DNA from: Skermanella sp.
GTDB lineage: Bacteria; Pseudomonadota; Alphaproteobacteria; Azospirillales; Azospirillaceae
Reading direction: 5' to 3'
Length of the DNA: 32,109 nucleotides
Assembly (NCBI GenBank): GCA_035630415.1
Contig: DASQKT010000384.1
Coordinates: forward strand, 1 to 32,109
Under the pieces are notes generated by a model. The model searched no databases and was not told where the DNA came from. It saw only the letters and a program-made list of their open reading frames with translations. Positions within the stretch are counted from its first letter, which is position 1; every line of letters starts with the position of its first letter. Both the position numbers and the translations under genes were made by a program. Below are positions 17,806-26,239 of the stretch, piece by piece.

Positions 17806-18252
17806 TCAGCGGCTCTTGTAGCCCGAGATATAGCGTTTCTGGCTCTGCCCGGTGAGTCGGGTCACCATCGATGCCCAGACGATCCCTCCGGTGGTCAGCA
17901 ACCCGATAGATACGGGAAGCCACCAGGACAGCACCGTCATCCGGTGGTCCGGTGGAGACGCTTCGACGATCATCCAGGTCAGGACAGCGGCAATGATCAC
18001 CGCCACCGCGATGCCGCCCCGGCCCAGTGCCGCAAGCCCGGTCAGGACGCCCCAGCCGGCCAGCACGAGAGCGAAGACCAGGAACGCGACCTTGAGGGCG
18101 AAGCTCCAGCCGTCGTCCGTGGCGAGCCAGCCGAGCAGGGAATAGCCCGACGGGTTCCAGGCCGCCAGCGTCCCGGTTTCGACCAGCAGCAGGCGGACGA
18201 TCAGCCCGCCGGGATCGATGGTCGCGTGATGGTGCCCGCCGCCGCTGCTCAC
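17806..18252 (-). CDS. DUF6524-like membrane protein (divergent copy)
   Basis: WNPSGYSLLGWL, ALKV, AALGRGG, RLTGQ; clear paralog of 18743-19153; GTG start. Confidence 0.7.
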   Translation of the reverse strand: MSSGGGHHHATIDPGGLIVRLLLVETGTLAAWNPSGYSLLGWLATDDGWSFALKVAFLVFALVLAGWGVLTGLAALGRGGIAVAVIIAAVLTWMIVEASPPDHRMTVLSWWLPVSIGLLTTGGIVWASMVTRLTGQSQKRYISGYKSR

Positions 18253-18354
18253 GGCCGGTATCCCCGATCTTTCGTATTAGCAGGCTGCTCTCCGGACCGC
18301 ATCACGCTATGATCTGGAGAACGGTTGGCCGGAGAATGATTGGCATGTCGAGGC

Positions 18355-18741
18355 ATGGGAGCTGCTGTGGACAGGGGTGAAGGGACTGTTCTGGTCGCAC
18401 AGGGGTTCGGCGGCTACCTCGAACTCGAGGGCAACCGGCTGCGCATCGTGCGGGGCGGATGGTTCGGCTATCTCGTCACCCTGTTCGGCCTGGAGGGAGG
18501 ATTCGTCGAGCGGACCGTGCGGGTCGATCAGATATCCAGCATCGAACTCGACGTGCCCGTGATGTTCTTCCGCTATATCCGGTTCTCCTATCCCGGCAGC
18601 CCGGCCATGACCGGCAACAACATCGCCGACATGCTGGCCGAGAACTCGGTCATCATGAGTCTTGTGGACAACCGCCCGTTCTTCCGCATCGTCGAGCGCA
18701 TCGAGGAAATGATGGACCATGCCGGCGCTCCCCGAGCCTGA
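18355..18741 (+). CDS. DUF4429-like (bacterial PH-fold-like) protein
   Basis: QGFGGYLELEGNRLRIVRGG...ERTVRVDQISSIEL...YIRFSYPG...ENSVIM pattern. Confidence 0.65.
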   Translation: MGAAVDRGEGTVLVAQGFGGYLELEGNRLRIVRGGWFGYLVTLFGLEGGFVERTVRVDQISSIELDVPVMFFRYIRFSYPGSPAMTGNNIADMLAENSVIMSLVDNRPFFRIVERIEEMMDHAGAPRA

Positions 18742-18742
18742 C

Positions 18743-19153
18743 TTACCGGAGCGTGACATCGTTCGAGTCGACCTGACCGGTGACGCGCAATGTAAGGCTG
18801 GACCATGAAACGCCGAGCGCCAAAATGCTGGCGACCGCGACCAGCGCCACCGTGAGGTAGGCGCCGTTCGACAGGTTGCTGAGCAGGCCGAAGTCGATCA
18901 TCGTCCAGGTCGCGGCGATCAACAGGCCGGCCGTGGCGAGGATGCCGCGCAGGCCCAGCGACCGCACCGTCGCGAGAAAGAACGTCGCAACGATGCTGCC
19001 GAGCAGAAGCCCGGCCAGGATCTTGAGCGACCATGGCTCCCCGGTGCCGCCCATGACCCAGTGGATATAGGAATAGCCCGACGGGTTGAACGTGGCGAAG
19101 ACGATGAACATCGAGATCAGCCACCGTACGATGATTCCGGGATAGCTGAACAT
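18743..19153 (-). CDS. DUF6524-family membrane protein
   Basis: RWLISMFIVFATFNPSGYSYIHWV, ATVRSLGLRG, LALGVSWS...RVTGQVDSNDV. Confidence 0.82.
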   Translation of the reverse strand: MFSYPGIIVRWLISMFIVFATFNPSGYSYIHWVMGGTGEPWSLKILAGLLLGSIVATFFLATVRSLGLRGILATAGLLIAATWTMIDFGLLSNLSNGAYLTVALVAVASILALGVSWSSLTLRVTGQVDSNDVTLR

Positions 19154-19171
19154 CGCGCGCCCAGCCCTGTC

Positions 19172-20026
19172 TTATTGGGCGAACATGCGGGACTCGATGT
19201 CGAGTCGCTCGTCGCACGACAGCTTCTGTAGCTGCATGAAGACGCTGCGTTCCGCCGCATAGGCATCCAGCGCCTGCTGCTCGAGAGACCGCAGTTCGTC
19301 CCTGACCTCAATGTACTGCAACGTGACGTCGACGACCCGGTAGGGCAGGATGAAGGCGCCGAGCACCGCGTATTGCGCCATGATGGTCAGGGCACGTCCG
19401 GTAGCGTCGCGGACCGATGACGGTCCCAGCACCGGAAGCACGATATAGGGACCGGGTCCGATGCCGTAGTGGCAGAAGACCTCGTCCAGGGTCGCCTTGC
19501 GCGCCGCAAGACCGTATTCCGCCGCCTGATCGTAGACGCCGCCCAGGCCGACCGTGGTGTTGATGGCGAACCGCGCCGCCGTGGTTTCCGCGGCACTCCA
19601 GTCGCCCTTGAGCACGTGTCCGGCCAGCCAGACCGGCTCCCGCAGGTTCGAGAAGACATTGGACATTCCCATCCGGACCGGGGCGGACGTCGCCTCGACA
19701 TAGGCATCGGATACCGGTTCCAGCACGAGGCGGCGGACCTCCTGGTTCAATTGGTGAGCCAGCCGGTTCAACTCCTCTGCCGGATCGTTCTCCGAGTCCT
19801 CCGGAGCTTCGCCGGAGACCGCCGGATCGACCGGCGCCGCCGTCCGCGTGACGGGGGGTCTGTCGTCGCTATACGGATTTACCGGCTTGGCCCGGTTCAT
19901 CGACAGGGCTTCTTCGAAGTCGCGGTCGTCAAGAAAGCGTCCGGCATGACTTTGCGCCATGCTCAGGGTCAGAAAAAGGGCTGCCGTGACGGCAGCATGC
20001 GCACCTTGTCTGAATAACTGCCGCAC
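19172..20026 (-). CDS. mlaA: MlaA/VacJ-family protein lacking a lipobox Cys
   Basis: NDPAEELNR, NVFSNLREP, RFAINTTVGLGGVYDQA, GPGPYIVLPVLGPSSVRD, DAYAAERSVFMQ. Confidence 0.88.
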   Translation of the reverse strand: MRQLFRQGAHAAVTAALFLTLSMAQSHAGRFLDDRDFEEALSMNRAKPVNPYSDDRPPVTRTAAPVDPAVSGEAPEDSENDPAEELNRLAHQLNQEVRRLVLEPVSDAYVEATSAPVRMGMSNVFSNLREPVWLAGHVLKGDWSAAETTAARFAINTTVGLGGVYDQAAEYGLAARKATLDEVFCHYGIGPGPYIVLPVLGPSSVRDATGRALTIMAQYAVLGAFILPYRVVDVTLQYIEVRDELRSLEQQALDAYAAERSVFMQLQKLSCDERLDIESRMFAQ

Positions 20027-20053
20027 GCTTCCTCCAAGCTGGTCGTTGAAGAT

Positions 20054-20075
20054 TTTTAAACGATAACCTTTAAAA
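20054..20075. promoter_or_regulatory. AT-rich inverted repeat TTTTAAA-N8-TTTAAAA upstream of mlaA
   Basis: Read directly in the mlaA/pstS-like divergent intergenic region. Confidence 0.3.
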
Positions 20076-20291
20076 CTTTACGAACCAAGCGCCGCATGTC
20101 CGCCGAGTGCCTTCGGACGAGTCGCTGGCCGCCGGTATCCGCCTTAACTCGCTGATTATGTGATGAACTCGCCGGTTACCGGGAGTCGAATGACCTTTGA
20201 ACTACATTTGTATTTAACCCTTTCGGATGGATAGTCCCAGATAGCGCCGAAACGGCCCCTTCGCAGGAGAGCCGCTCATGAAGGGCCAGCC

Positions 20292-21353
20292 ATGACCATC
20301 GTCGGAAGAAGGCCGCGTCTGCTCGCCGGTATCGCATTGCTCGTCGCGGCCTGCCTGCCGGCGCAGGCGGCGGATATCGGGCGGCAGATGGCCGAGAAAC
20401 CCCGCGACCTGATCGCCATCGCGGCTTCTCCGCCGATGGCCGCCGTGGCGGAAGCCGTATCGGCCGCCTTCGCCGCGCGCTTCGAGACTGCGGGACCCCA
20501 GGTGACCGTAACCTCCACCCAATCCGCCTTCGCTGGCTTCTGCCGCGAGGCGGCATCGCTGCCCGACATGGTGATCAGCAACCGCCGCATGTCCCACGCC
20601 GAACTGGCACGGTGCCGCCGCGCCGACGTGGGCGACATCGTCGAGATCCCGATCGGGTTCGAGACCGCCATATTCGTCACGCGCCGGGGCGGGCCTGCAC
20701 TCGACCTGACGCTGGATCAGATCTTCGATCTTCTTGCGGCGGGCGGTTCGCGGCCGATTCGCTGGGCAGATCAGGGTATCGGCCGGTTCGGCGAGAAAGT
20801 CCGCATCCTCCTGCCGCCGCAAACCGACCCCGCCTTCGGCATCGTGCGCGAACAGGTGCTGATGACGGTCTGCCGCGAGCGTCCCGGACTGGGGGACCGG
20901 CCCAAGGCTGCCGACCGGCTGGCGGCTTGCGGCGCCGTCCGCGACGATGCCGAGGCTGGGGCCGGCGTCGTGATGGAGACGGCGGAGCGGTCGATCCCGA
21001 AGAACCTGGGAGCCGGGGAGATCGGGCTGGTCGGTAATTCCGTGTTTCAGCGCAGTGCCGAGGACCTCCAGCCGGTCCTGATCGACGGGCAGGGACCGTC
21101 GGTCCTGGCGGTCGTTTCCGGCGACTACGCGGCGGCGCGTCCGGTCTTCGTCTATGCCAAGGCGGCGCAAATGCGCAAGGGGCGGGGCGGCGGCAGGGTC
21201 AGGGGCCTGCGCGATCTGGCCGATTTCATCGCGGGCGACGACGTCACCGGCCAGAACGGTGTCCTGGGCCACCTGGGGCTGGTCATGCTGCCGTCGGAGC
21301 GGCGGGTCACGGTGCGCATGCGGACGATGGCGCTGGTGCCCTTCGACCGCTGA
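20292..21353 (+). CDS. PstS-like periplasmic binding protein (degenerate phosphate site)
   Basis: Alphaproteobacterial PstS layout: FAGFC, PDMVISNRRMSHAELARC, IVEIPIGFE, LTLDQIFDLLA, LLPP, AVRDD, GDYAAARPVFVYAK, GVLGHLGLV. Confidence 0.8.
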   Translation: MTIVGRRPRLLAGIALLVAACLPAQAADIGRQMAEKPRDLIAIAASPPMAAVAEAVSAAFAARFETAGPQVTVTSTQSAFAGFCREAASLPDMVISNRRMSHAELARCRRADVGDIVEIPIGFETAIFVTRRGGPALDLTLDQIFDLLAAGGSRPIRWADQGIGRFGEKVRILLPPQTDPAFGIVREQVLMTVCRERPGLGDRPKAADRLAACGAVRDDAEAGAGVVMETAERSIPKNLGAGEIGLVGNSVFQRSAEDLQPVLIDGQGPSVLAVVSGDYAAARPVFVYAKAAQMRKGRGGGRVRGLRDLADFIAGDDVTGQNGVLGHLGLVMLPSERRVTVRMRTMALVPFDR

Positions 21354-21422
21354 ATCTCGATCGTGTTAATCTCTTTGATGGAAATTAGATCGTATTCGTC
21401 ATAATCTGAATTCAATTTGCAT

Positions 21423-22217
21423 ATGGAGGTACGTTTGCGTTTGGCATTAAGGGTAACCGCCAGCATCGGGCTCATACTCGCTCTGTCAATCGCAACGTCC
21501 GTCGTCGTCAGCCGCCATGCCTTCGTGCATATCCTGCTGGACCTGACGGAATCGCGGATCTTCGCCCTGGCCGACGATATCGGCGACGTGTTCGCTGCGA
21601 CCGTCCGGCTGGGTCTGCCGCTCGATCAGATCGGCAACGGTTCCGAAATCCTCGACGGCGCATTGCCGCTCGACCCTCAGATCGTGGCGCTCGTGGTCGT
21701 CGGCGCCGAGGGAGAACTGCTCCATAAGGCCGGCAAGTCGTTCGACTGGCTGAGCGCCGGCGGCATACGCGGCGAAGGCGATCCGAAGAAGGGCAGCCGG
21801 CGCAAGGTGGTCGATGCAGGCGACATGCTGGTCGTCTGGACCGCCATTCTCGACCCGCTGGGCCGGACGACCGGGCATATCGGCATCGCGGCTTCCAGCA
21901 GCTACCGGAACATGCTGGTCCGCAACAGTTTCAACGAAGTGCTTACCCTGTCGGGCATCGTACTGGTGATCGCCACCCTGGTGACCGCCCTGGGAGCGAT
22001 CGTCGCCTGCCGGGGAATTTCCCTGATACTGCGGCGGATCGGCCAGATGGCGGACAATCCGGAGACGGCGGCCGGTGATCCTCTCGGCGGGATCGGCGCC
22101 GCCGCGATGGGCAAGCTGGACTGGATCAACGGGGAACTGGCCGCGATCGAAGCGGCTGCCGCCACCGTTACCAGTGCCGGCGCTGGCGCCGTCTCGCGTC
22201 CGGAGCGCGTGACATGA
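21423..22217 (+). CDS. TM-periplasmic sensor domain-TM protein without an output domain
   Basis: Two TMs flank a Cache-like segment (VRLGLPLDQI..DPQIVALVVVGAEGELL). Alternative TTG start at 21435 after GGAGG. Confidence 0.75.
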   Translation: MEVRLRLALRVTASIGLILALSIATSVVVSRHAFVHILLDLTESRIFALADDIGDVFAATVRLGLPLDQIGNGSEILDGALPLDPQIVALVVVGAEGELLHKAGKSFDWLSAGGIRGEGDPKKGSRRKVVDAGDMLVVWTAILDPLGRTTGHIGIAASSSYRNMLVRNSFNEVLTLSGIVLVIATLVTALGAIVACRGISLILRRIGQMADNPETAAGDPLGGIGAAAMGKLDWINGELAAIEAAAATVTSAGAGAVSRPERVT

Positions 22218-24385
22218 CCGTCTCCGGTGGCATGATCGATCCTGGCGAGGCCGCCGAGCCGGATATGGCTGCCGGCATGGAGGTCACCAGCCTGCTGAAG
22301 GCGTCGCGCAGCCGCGTGGTCGTGCTGTGCATCGCCATGCTGGTGATCGCCACCGTGGTCGCCGGGCTGATGGCGCTGCGTGTCTATGAACGCGTGCTCG
22401 AACCGGAACTGCTTCAGACCGCGCGGATCGCGGCATCGACGATCACGACGACGGCGACGCAGGCGATGGACCTGGGCCTTGAGCCCCGCGACTTCGTCGG
22501 CATGGACGAGTTCATGGACGACACGCTGAAACTCCATCGCGGCCTGCTTTATGCGGCCATGCTGGACGACGGCTGGAAGGTGATCGCGGCGACGGCCGAC
22601 GCCCGGCCCGGCGTACTGCCGCCGCGTCCTGCCGGCCTCGCCTGTTCGGCCAGCGCCGTCGTGGTCACCGAGCCGGTCCAGGGAGTCGTCGTTCCCCTGT
22701 GCCGGAAGGCCTCCGCCGATCCAGGCGGCACCGTGGCCGCCGCCATCCTGATCGCCAACGATCCCGCCTTCGTACACGCCCAGTTCGAAGTGCTGGTGCT
22801 CGACGTCGCGACCGCGCTGCTGATCGGACTGCTGCTCGCCTTCGAGATCCTGCTCGTCCTTATCATGCGGAGCATCGCCGAGCCCCTTACCCTGCTGGTC
22901 GACCAGCTGTCGCGGGTGGCGCACGGGGATATCGGCGCCTCGACGCAGATTACCGGGGCGGGGGAGGTATCCTCGGCGCTGGCGTCGATGGACCGCGCCA
23001 TTGGTTCCATTCATGACCGCGTCGCCGCTCTGAAGCAGCGGATAGCGGCGATGGGCGACGCGGCCTCGCGGGTCCGCCTGTCGGCACGGCTTCAGGAGCT
23101 GCTCGACCGGTTCGCCATCGGCGCCGGCGGGCTCCGCATGGTGAAGTCGATTTCGCCGTGGGACGTGCGGCTGCCGCTGGTGCTGTTCGTGCTGGCCGAC
23201 GAGATGCAGAAGGCTTTCCTGCCGCTGTTCAGCCGCTCGCTGGCCGAACCCATCTTCGGGATCTCGGCGGAGACCGTCTCCGCCCTGCCGCTGACCGTCT
23301 ATATGGCGGTGATAGCGCTCGCCACCCCGTCCTGCGGCCGTCTGGCCGACCGGTTCGGGGCGCGGCGCATGGTCATCCTGGGACTGGTCCCCGCCATCGC
23401 CGGGTATGTCCTGTGCGCGCTGGCGCAGGACGCGCTGTGGCTGATCGGCGGGCGGGGCTTGACCGCTCTCGGCTATGCCCTCATCACCATCGCCTGCCAG
23501 AGCCATATCATAGCGGCTGCCGGCGAGACCAAGCGGTCGCTGGCCATGACGATCTTCATCGGCGCGCTGATGACGGCCAGCATCTGCGGCACCGCCATCG
23601 GCGGCATCGTCGCGGATCGCGTCGGGCCGAACGCCGCCTTCGCTGCGTCGGCGGCCATCGCGGCGCTGGCCGGCGTCATCGCGTGGCGCATGGTGCCACC
23701 CTCGGAAGTCCATCCCGTGACCCGAAGGTCCAGCCTGCTCGCCGCGATGCGCGACATGCTGCTCAACCCGGCGTTCCTGGCGTTCCTGCTGCTGGCGGCG
23801 ATACCGTCGAAAATAGCGCTGACCGGCATCTTGTTCTATCTGGTGCCGCTACGCCTGTCGGAGATCGGGGCGGGGCAGGCGGATATCGCCCGCGTGCTGA
23901 TCATCTACTCCTTCATGAACATCGCGGCGGGTCCGATGGCCGCCCGCCTTGCCGACCGCCGGAACGCCCATTTCGCCTTGATGATCCTGGGCGGCGCCGT
24001 GTCCGGCGCTGGGGCGTGGCTGCTGGCGGGTGCCGACGAGACCCATCTGGTCCTGCTGATCGTGGCCTGCCTCGGCGTCGGCCATGCGATGTGCGTGGCG
24101 CCTGGCGTCGCCTTCGCCACCAAGGTCTGCCAGCCGGAAGCTGAACGCCACGGCCGGACCACCATGCTCGGCGTGCTGCGCATGATGGAGCGGATCGGCA
24201 GCGTCGTCGGACCGGCCGCAGCTGCGGCCATCGCCGTTTCCATCGGCTTCGGGCCTGCCATCGGCGCCATCGGCGCGCTCGTGGTCGTCGTATCCCTGGC
24301 GCACGGACTGATGGCATTGGCGGTGCCTGTCCTTCGAGGTGTCCGGCGGGACTCGATTGATGCCGAACTGAGAGGGGCGGAATGA
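22214..24385 (+). CDS. MFS transporter fused to N-terminal periplasmic sensor and HAMP domains
   Basis: TM-sensor-TM, HAMP (IAEPLTLLVDQLSRVAHGD...GEVSSAL), then MFS motif A (GRLADRFGARR; ARLADRRN) and 12-TM pattern; ATGA coupling. Confidence 0.9.
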   Translation: MTVSGGMIDPGEAAEPDMAAGMEVTSLLKASRSRVVVLCIAMLVIATVVAGLMALRVYERVLEPELLQTARIAASTITTTATQAMDLGLEPRDFVGMDEFMDDTLKLHRGLLYAAMLDDGWKVIAATADARPGVLPPRPAGLACSASAVVVTEPVQGVVVPLCRKASADPGGTVAAAILIANDPAFVHAQFEVLVLDVATALLIGLLLAFEILLVLIMRSIAEPLTLLVDQLSRVAHGDIGASTQITGAGEVSSALASMDRAIGSIHDRVAALKQRIAAMGDAASRVRLSARLQELLDRFAIGAGGLRMVKSISPWDVRLPLVLFVLADEMQKAFLPLFSRSLAEPIFGISAETVSALPLTVYMAVIALATPSCGRLADRFGARRMVILGLVPAIAGYVLCALAQDALWLIGGRGLTALGYALITIACQSHIIAAAGETKRSLAMTIFIGALMTASICGTAIGGIVADRVGPNAAFAASAAIAALAGVIAWRMVPPSEVHPVTRRSSLLAAMRDMLLNPAFLAFLLLAAIPSKIALTGILFYLVPLRLSEIGAGQADIARVLIIYSFMNIAAGPMAARLADRRNAHFALMILGGAVSGAGAWLLAGADETHLVLLIVACLGVGHAMCVAPGVAFATKVCQPEAERHGRTTMLGVLRMMERIGSVVGPAAAAAIAVSIGFGPAIGAIGALVVVVSLAHGLMALAVPVLRGVRRDSIDAELRGAE

Positions 24386-25206
24386 AGATCCTGGTCTGCA
24401 CGAAGCGCGATCTCACATCGCTGGTAGCGATGAACGTCCTGCTGCCGGCCTTGCGCGGGCACGAGGTCCACGTAATGCTGGCCGAGCGGACCCGCCCCAT
24501 CGAGGAATCGACGCCCGAGCTTGCTCAGGTGAAGTTCGTCGAGCGGGATTTCCCGATCGGCGTCGTCGAGCCCTTCGTCGAGCGGCTGGTTTCCAGCGGC
24601 CGGTCCGATCCGGGCAGCCTGATGACCTTTCCCCGGCTGGCGGCCCGTGGCGTCGGAATGGATATCGTGCGGTCTTCCGACGATCCCGTCTTCGCCGCCA
24701 CCGTCGAGCGGATGCGCCCGGACATCCTGCTGTCGATCCGCTACAGCTTCCAGATCAGGCCGGGCTTGCCGGGGATGCCCCGTCTCGCCTTCAACATGCA
24801 TCCCGGAGCGCTGCCCCGGCTGGCCGGGCTGTTCCCGCACTTCTACGCGATGCTCCAGGGCGACCCGGCTTTCACCGTGACCGTCCATCGCATGGTGCCG
24901 GAACTGGACGCCGGCTCCATCGTCATGGTCCACGAAGTGCCGGTCGATCCCGCCGTTTCCGCGCATATGGCCAATATCGAGCTGCACCGCATCGGCGCCG
25001 CCATGATGGCCGAACTGGTCGCCTGGATCGACCGGGGAGAAGCCCTTGACGAGCGGGAGCCGGGCGTGCTGCCGGCCAAGCTCTGCTATTACCCGAACCG
25101 GGAGGCGCTGGACGCCTTCGCGGCGCGCGGGCTGAAGCTGGTCGATATGGCGGCGTATCAAGAGCTGATAAGTGCTTTCCTGCCGCAGCCCCTGCTGGTG
25201 ATGTGA
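24382..25206 (+). CDS. Formyltransferase-family protein (Fmt/PurN-like catalytic domain)
   Basis: PDILLSIRY, FNMHPGALPRLAG, TVTVHRMVPELDAGSIV (catalytic N, H, D present); ATGA coupling. Confidence 0.88.
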   Translation: MKILVCTKRDLTSLVAMNVLLPALRGHEVHVMLAERTRPIEESTPELAQVKFVERDFPIGVVEPFVERLVSSGRSDPGSLMTFPRLAARGVGMDIVRSSDDPVFAATVERMRPDILLSIRYSFQIRPGLPGMPRLAFNMHPGALPRLAGLFPHFYAMLQGDPAFTVTVHRMVPELDAGSIVMVHEVPVDPAVSAHMANIELHRIGAAMMAELVAWIDRGEALDEREPGVLPAKLCYYPNREALDAFAARGLKLVDMAAYQELISAFLPQPLLVM

Positions 25207-25207
25207 G

Positions 25208-26230
25208 ATGGTCAAGGCTTTCCTGCTGGCCCTGTCGCTCCTGATCTCCGCCGGTCCATGCCTTGCCGGAACACCGGATGCCGCCGGTCCGGGCGAGCGG
25301 AAGCAGGTCATGATGCTCCTCTGGCGCGGCTGCGAGGAGCTTTGCCAGGGCTTCAAGAGCTGGTTCGAGCGTCGTCACCTGCCCGTCGCGTTCGAGATGC
25401 GCGACGCCAGGCAGGACCGCCGCCGGCTGGCCGACCTGGTGGAGGAGGCGAGGGACGGGGAGTTGGACCTCGTGCTGACATGGGGGACGACGGTCTCGCT
25501 GGCGGCGCTCGGAACCCTGACGGCTCCCGCCCAGCCACTCGGCGCTCCCGCCGTGTTCGCCAACGTCACCGACCCGATCGGCTCCGGTCTCGTCGCCGGT
25601 CCCCAGGGTTCGGGCCGCGCCGGGATCGCCGGCTCCATGAGCGTGGTCCCCGACGACGTCCAGATCAACGCGATCCGGCGCTACCGGCCGATGCGCCGCC
25701 TGGGTGTCGCCTACAATACCGACGAGCCCAATGCCGTGGACAACGTCAAGCGGCTGCGCGCCCTTGCCGGGCCGATGGAGTTCGAACTGGTGGAAGTGCC
25801 GGTTCCGGTGGACGCATCGGGCCGGCCCGACCCGGCGGCGATCCCCGACGTGATCGGCCAACTGGCCGAAGCGCGGGTGGACTTCGTCTATATCGGGTCG
25901 AGCTCGTTCCTGTTGTCCAACGTGTCCGCCTTCACCGAGGCTGCGGTCGCGGCCGGCCTGCCGGTCGCGTCGGCGGGCGAAGTCCCGATCCGGCAGGGGA
26001 CGGGGCTGCTGGGCGTGGTCAGCCCGAACTTCGTCGTTGGGCTGCTGGCGGGCAGTCAGGCCGAAAAGATCCTGTTCGAGGGAGTCCGCGCGGAAGACCT
26101 GACCGTCGCCAGCCTCAAGGACTATGCGTATCTGATCAACATCGACACGGCCAAGCGCCTTCGCCTCGCCCCGCCCATGTCGCTGCTGCGCAACGCCGTG
26201 ATCGTTGGCAAGGACCAAGGGGTCCGTTAA
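25208..26230 (+). CDS. ABC transporter substrate-binding protein (ABC_sub_bind type)
   Basis: Signal peptide; DLVLTWGTTVS, PAVFANVTDPIGSGLV, RLGVAYNTDEPNA, AEKILFEG, LINIDTAKRL. Confidence 0.9.
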   Translation: MVKAFLLALSLLISAGPCLAGTPDAAGPGERKQVMMLLWRGCEELCQGFKSWFERRHLPVAFEMRDARQDRRRLADLVEEARDGELDLVLTWGTTVSLAALGTLTAPAQPLGAPAVFANVTDPIGSGLVAGPQGSGRAGIAGSMSVVPDDVQINAIRRYRPMRRLGVAYNTDEPNAVDNVKRLRALAGPMEFELVEVPVPVDASGRPDPAAIPDVIGQLAEARVDFVYIGSSSFLLSNVSAFTEAAVAAGLPVASAGEVPIRQGTGLLGVVSPNFVVGLLAGSQAEKILFEGVRAEDLTVASLKDYAYLINIDTAKRLRLAPPMSLLRNAVIVGKDQGVR

Positions 26231-26239
26231 GCCAGGGGT

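Noticed and set aside
20054-20075. CtrA box
   Set aside because: The TTAA half-sites are 10 nt apart, not 7.
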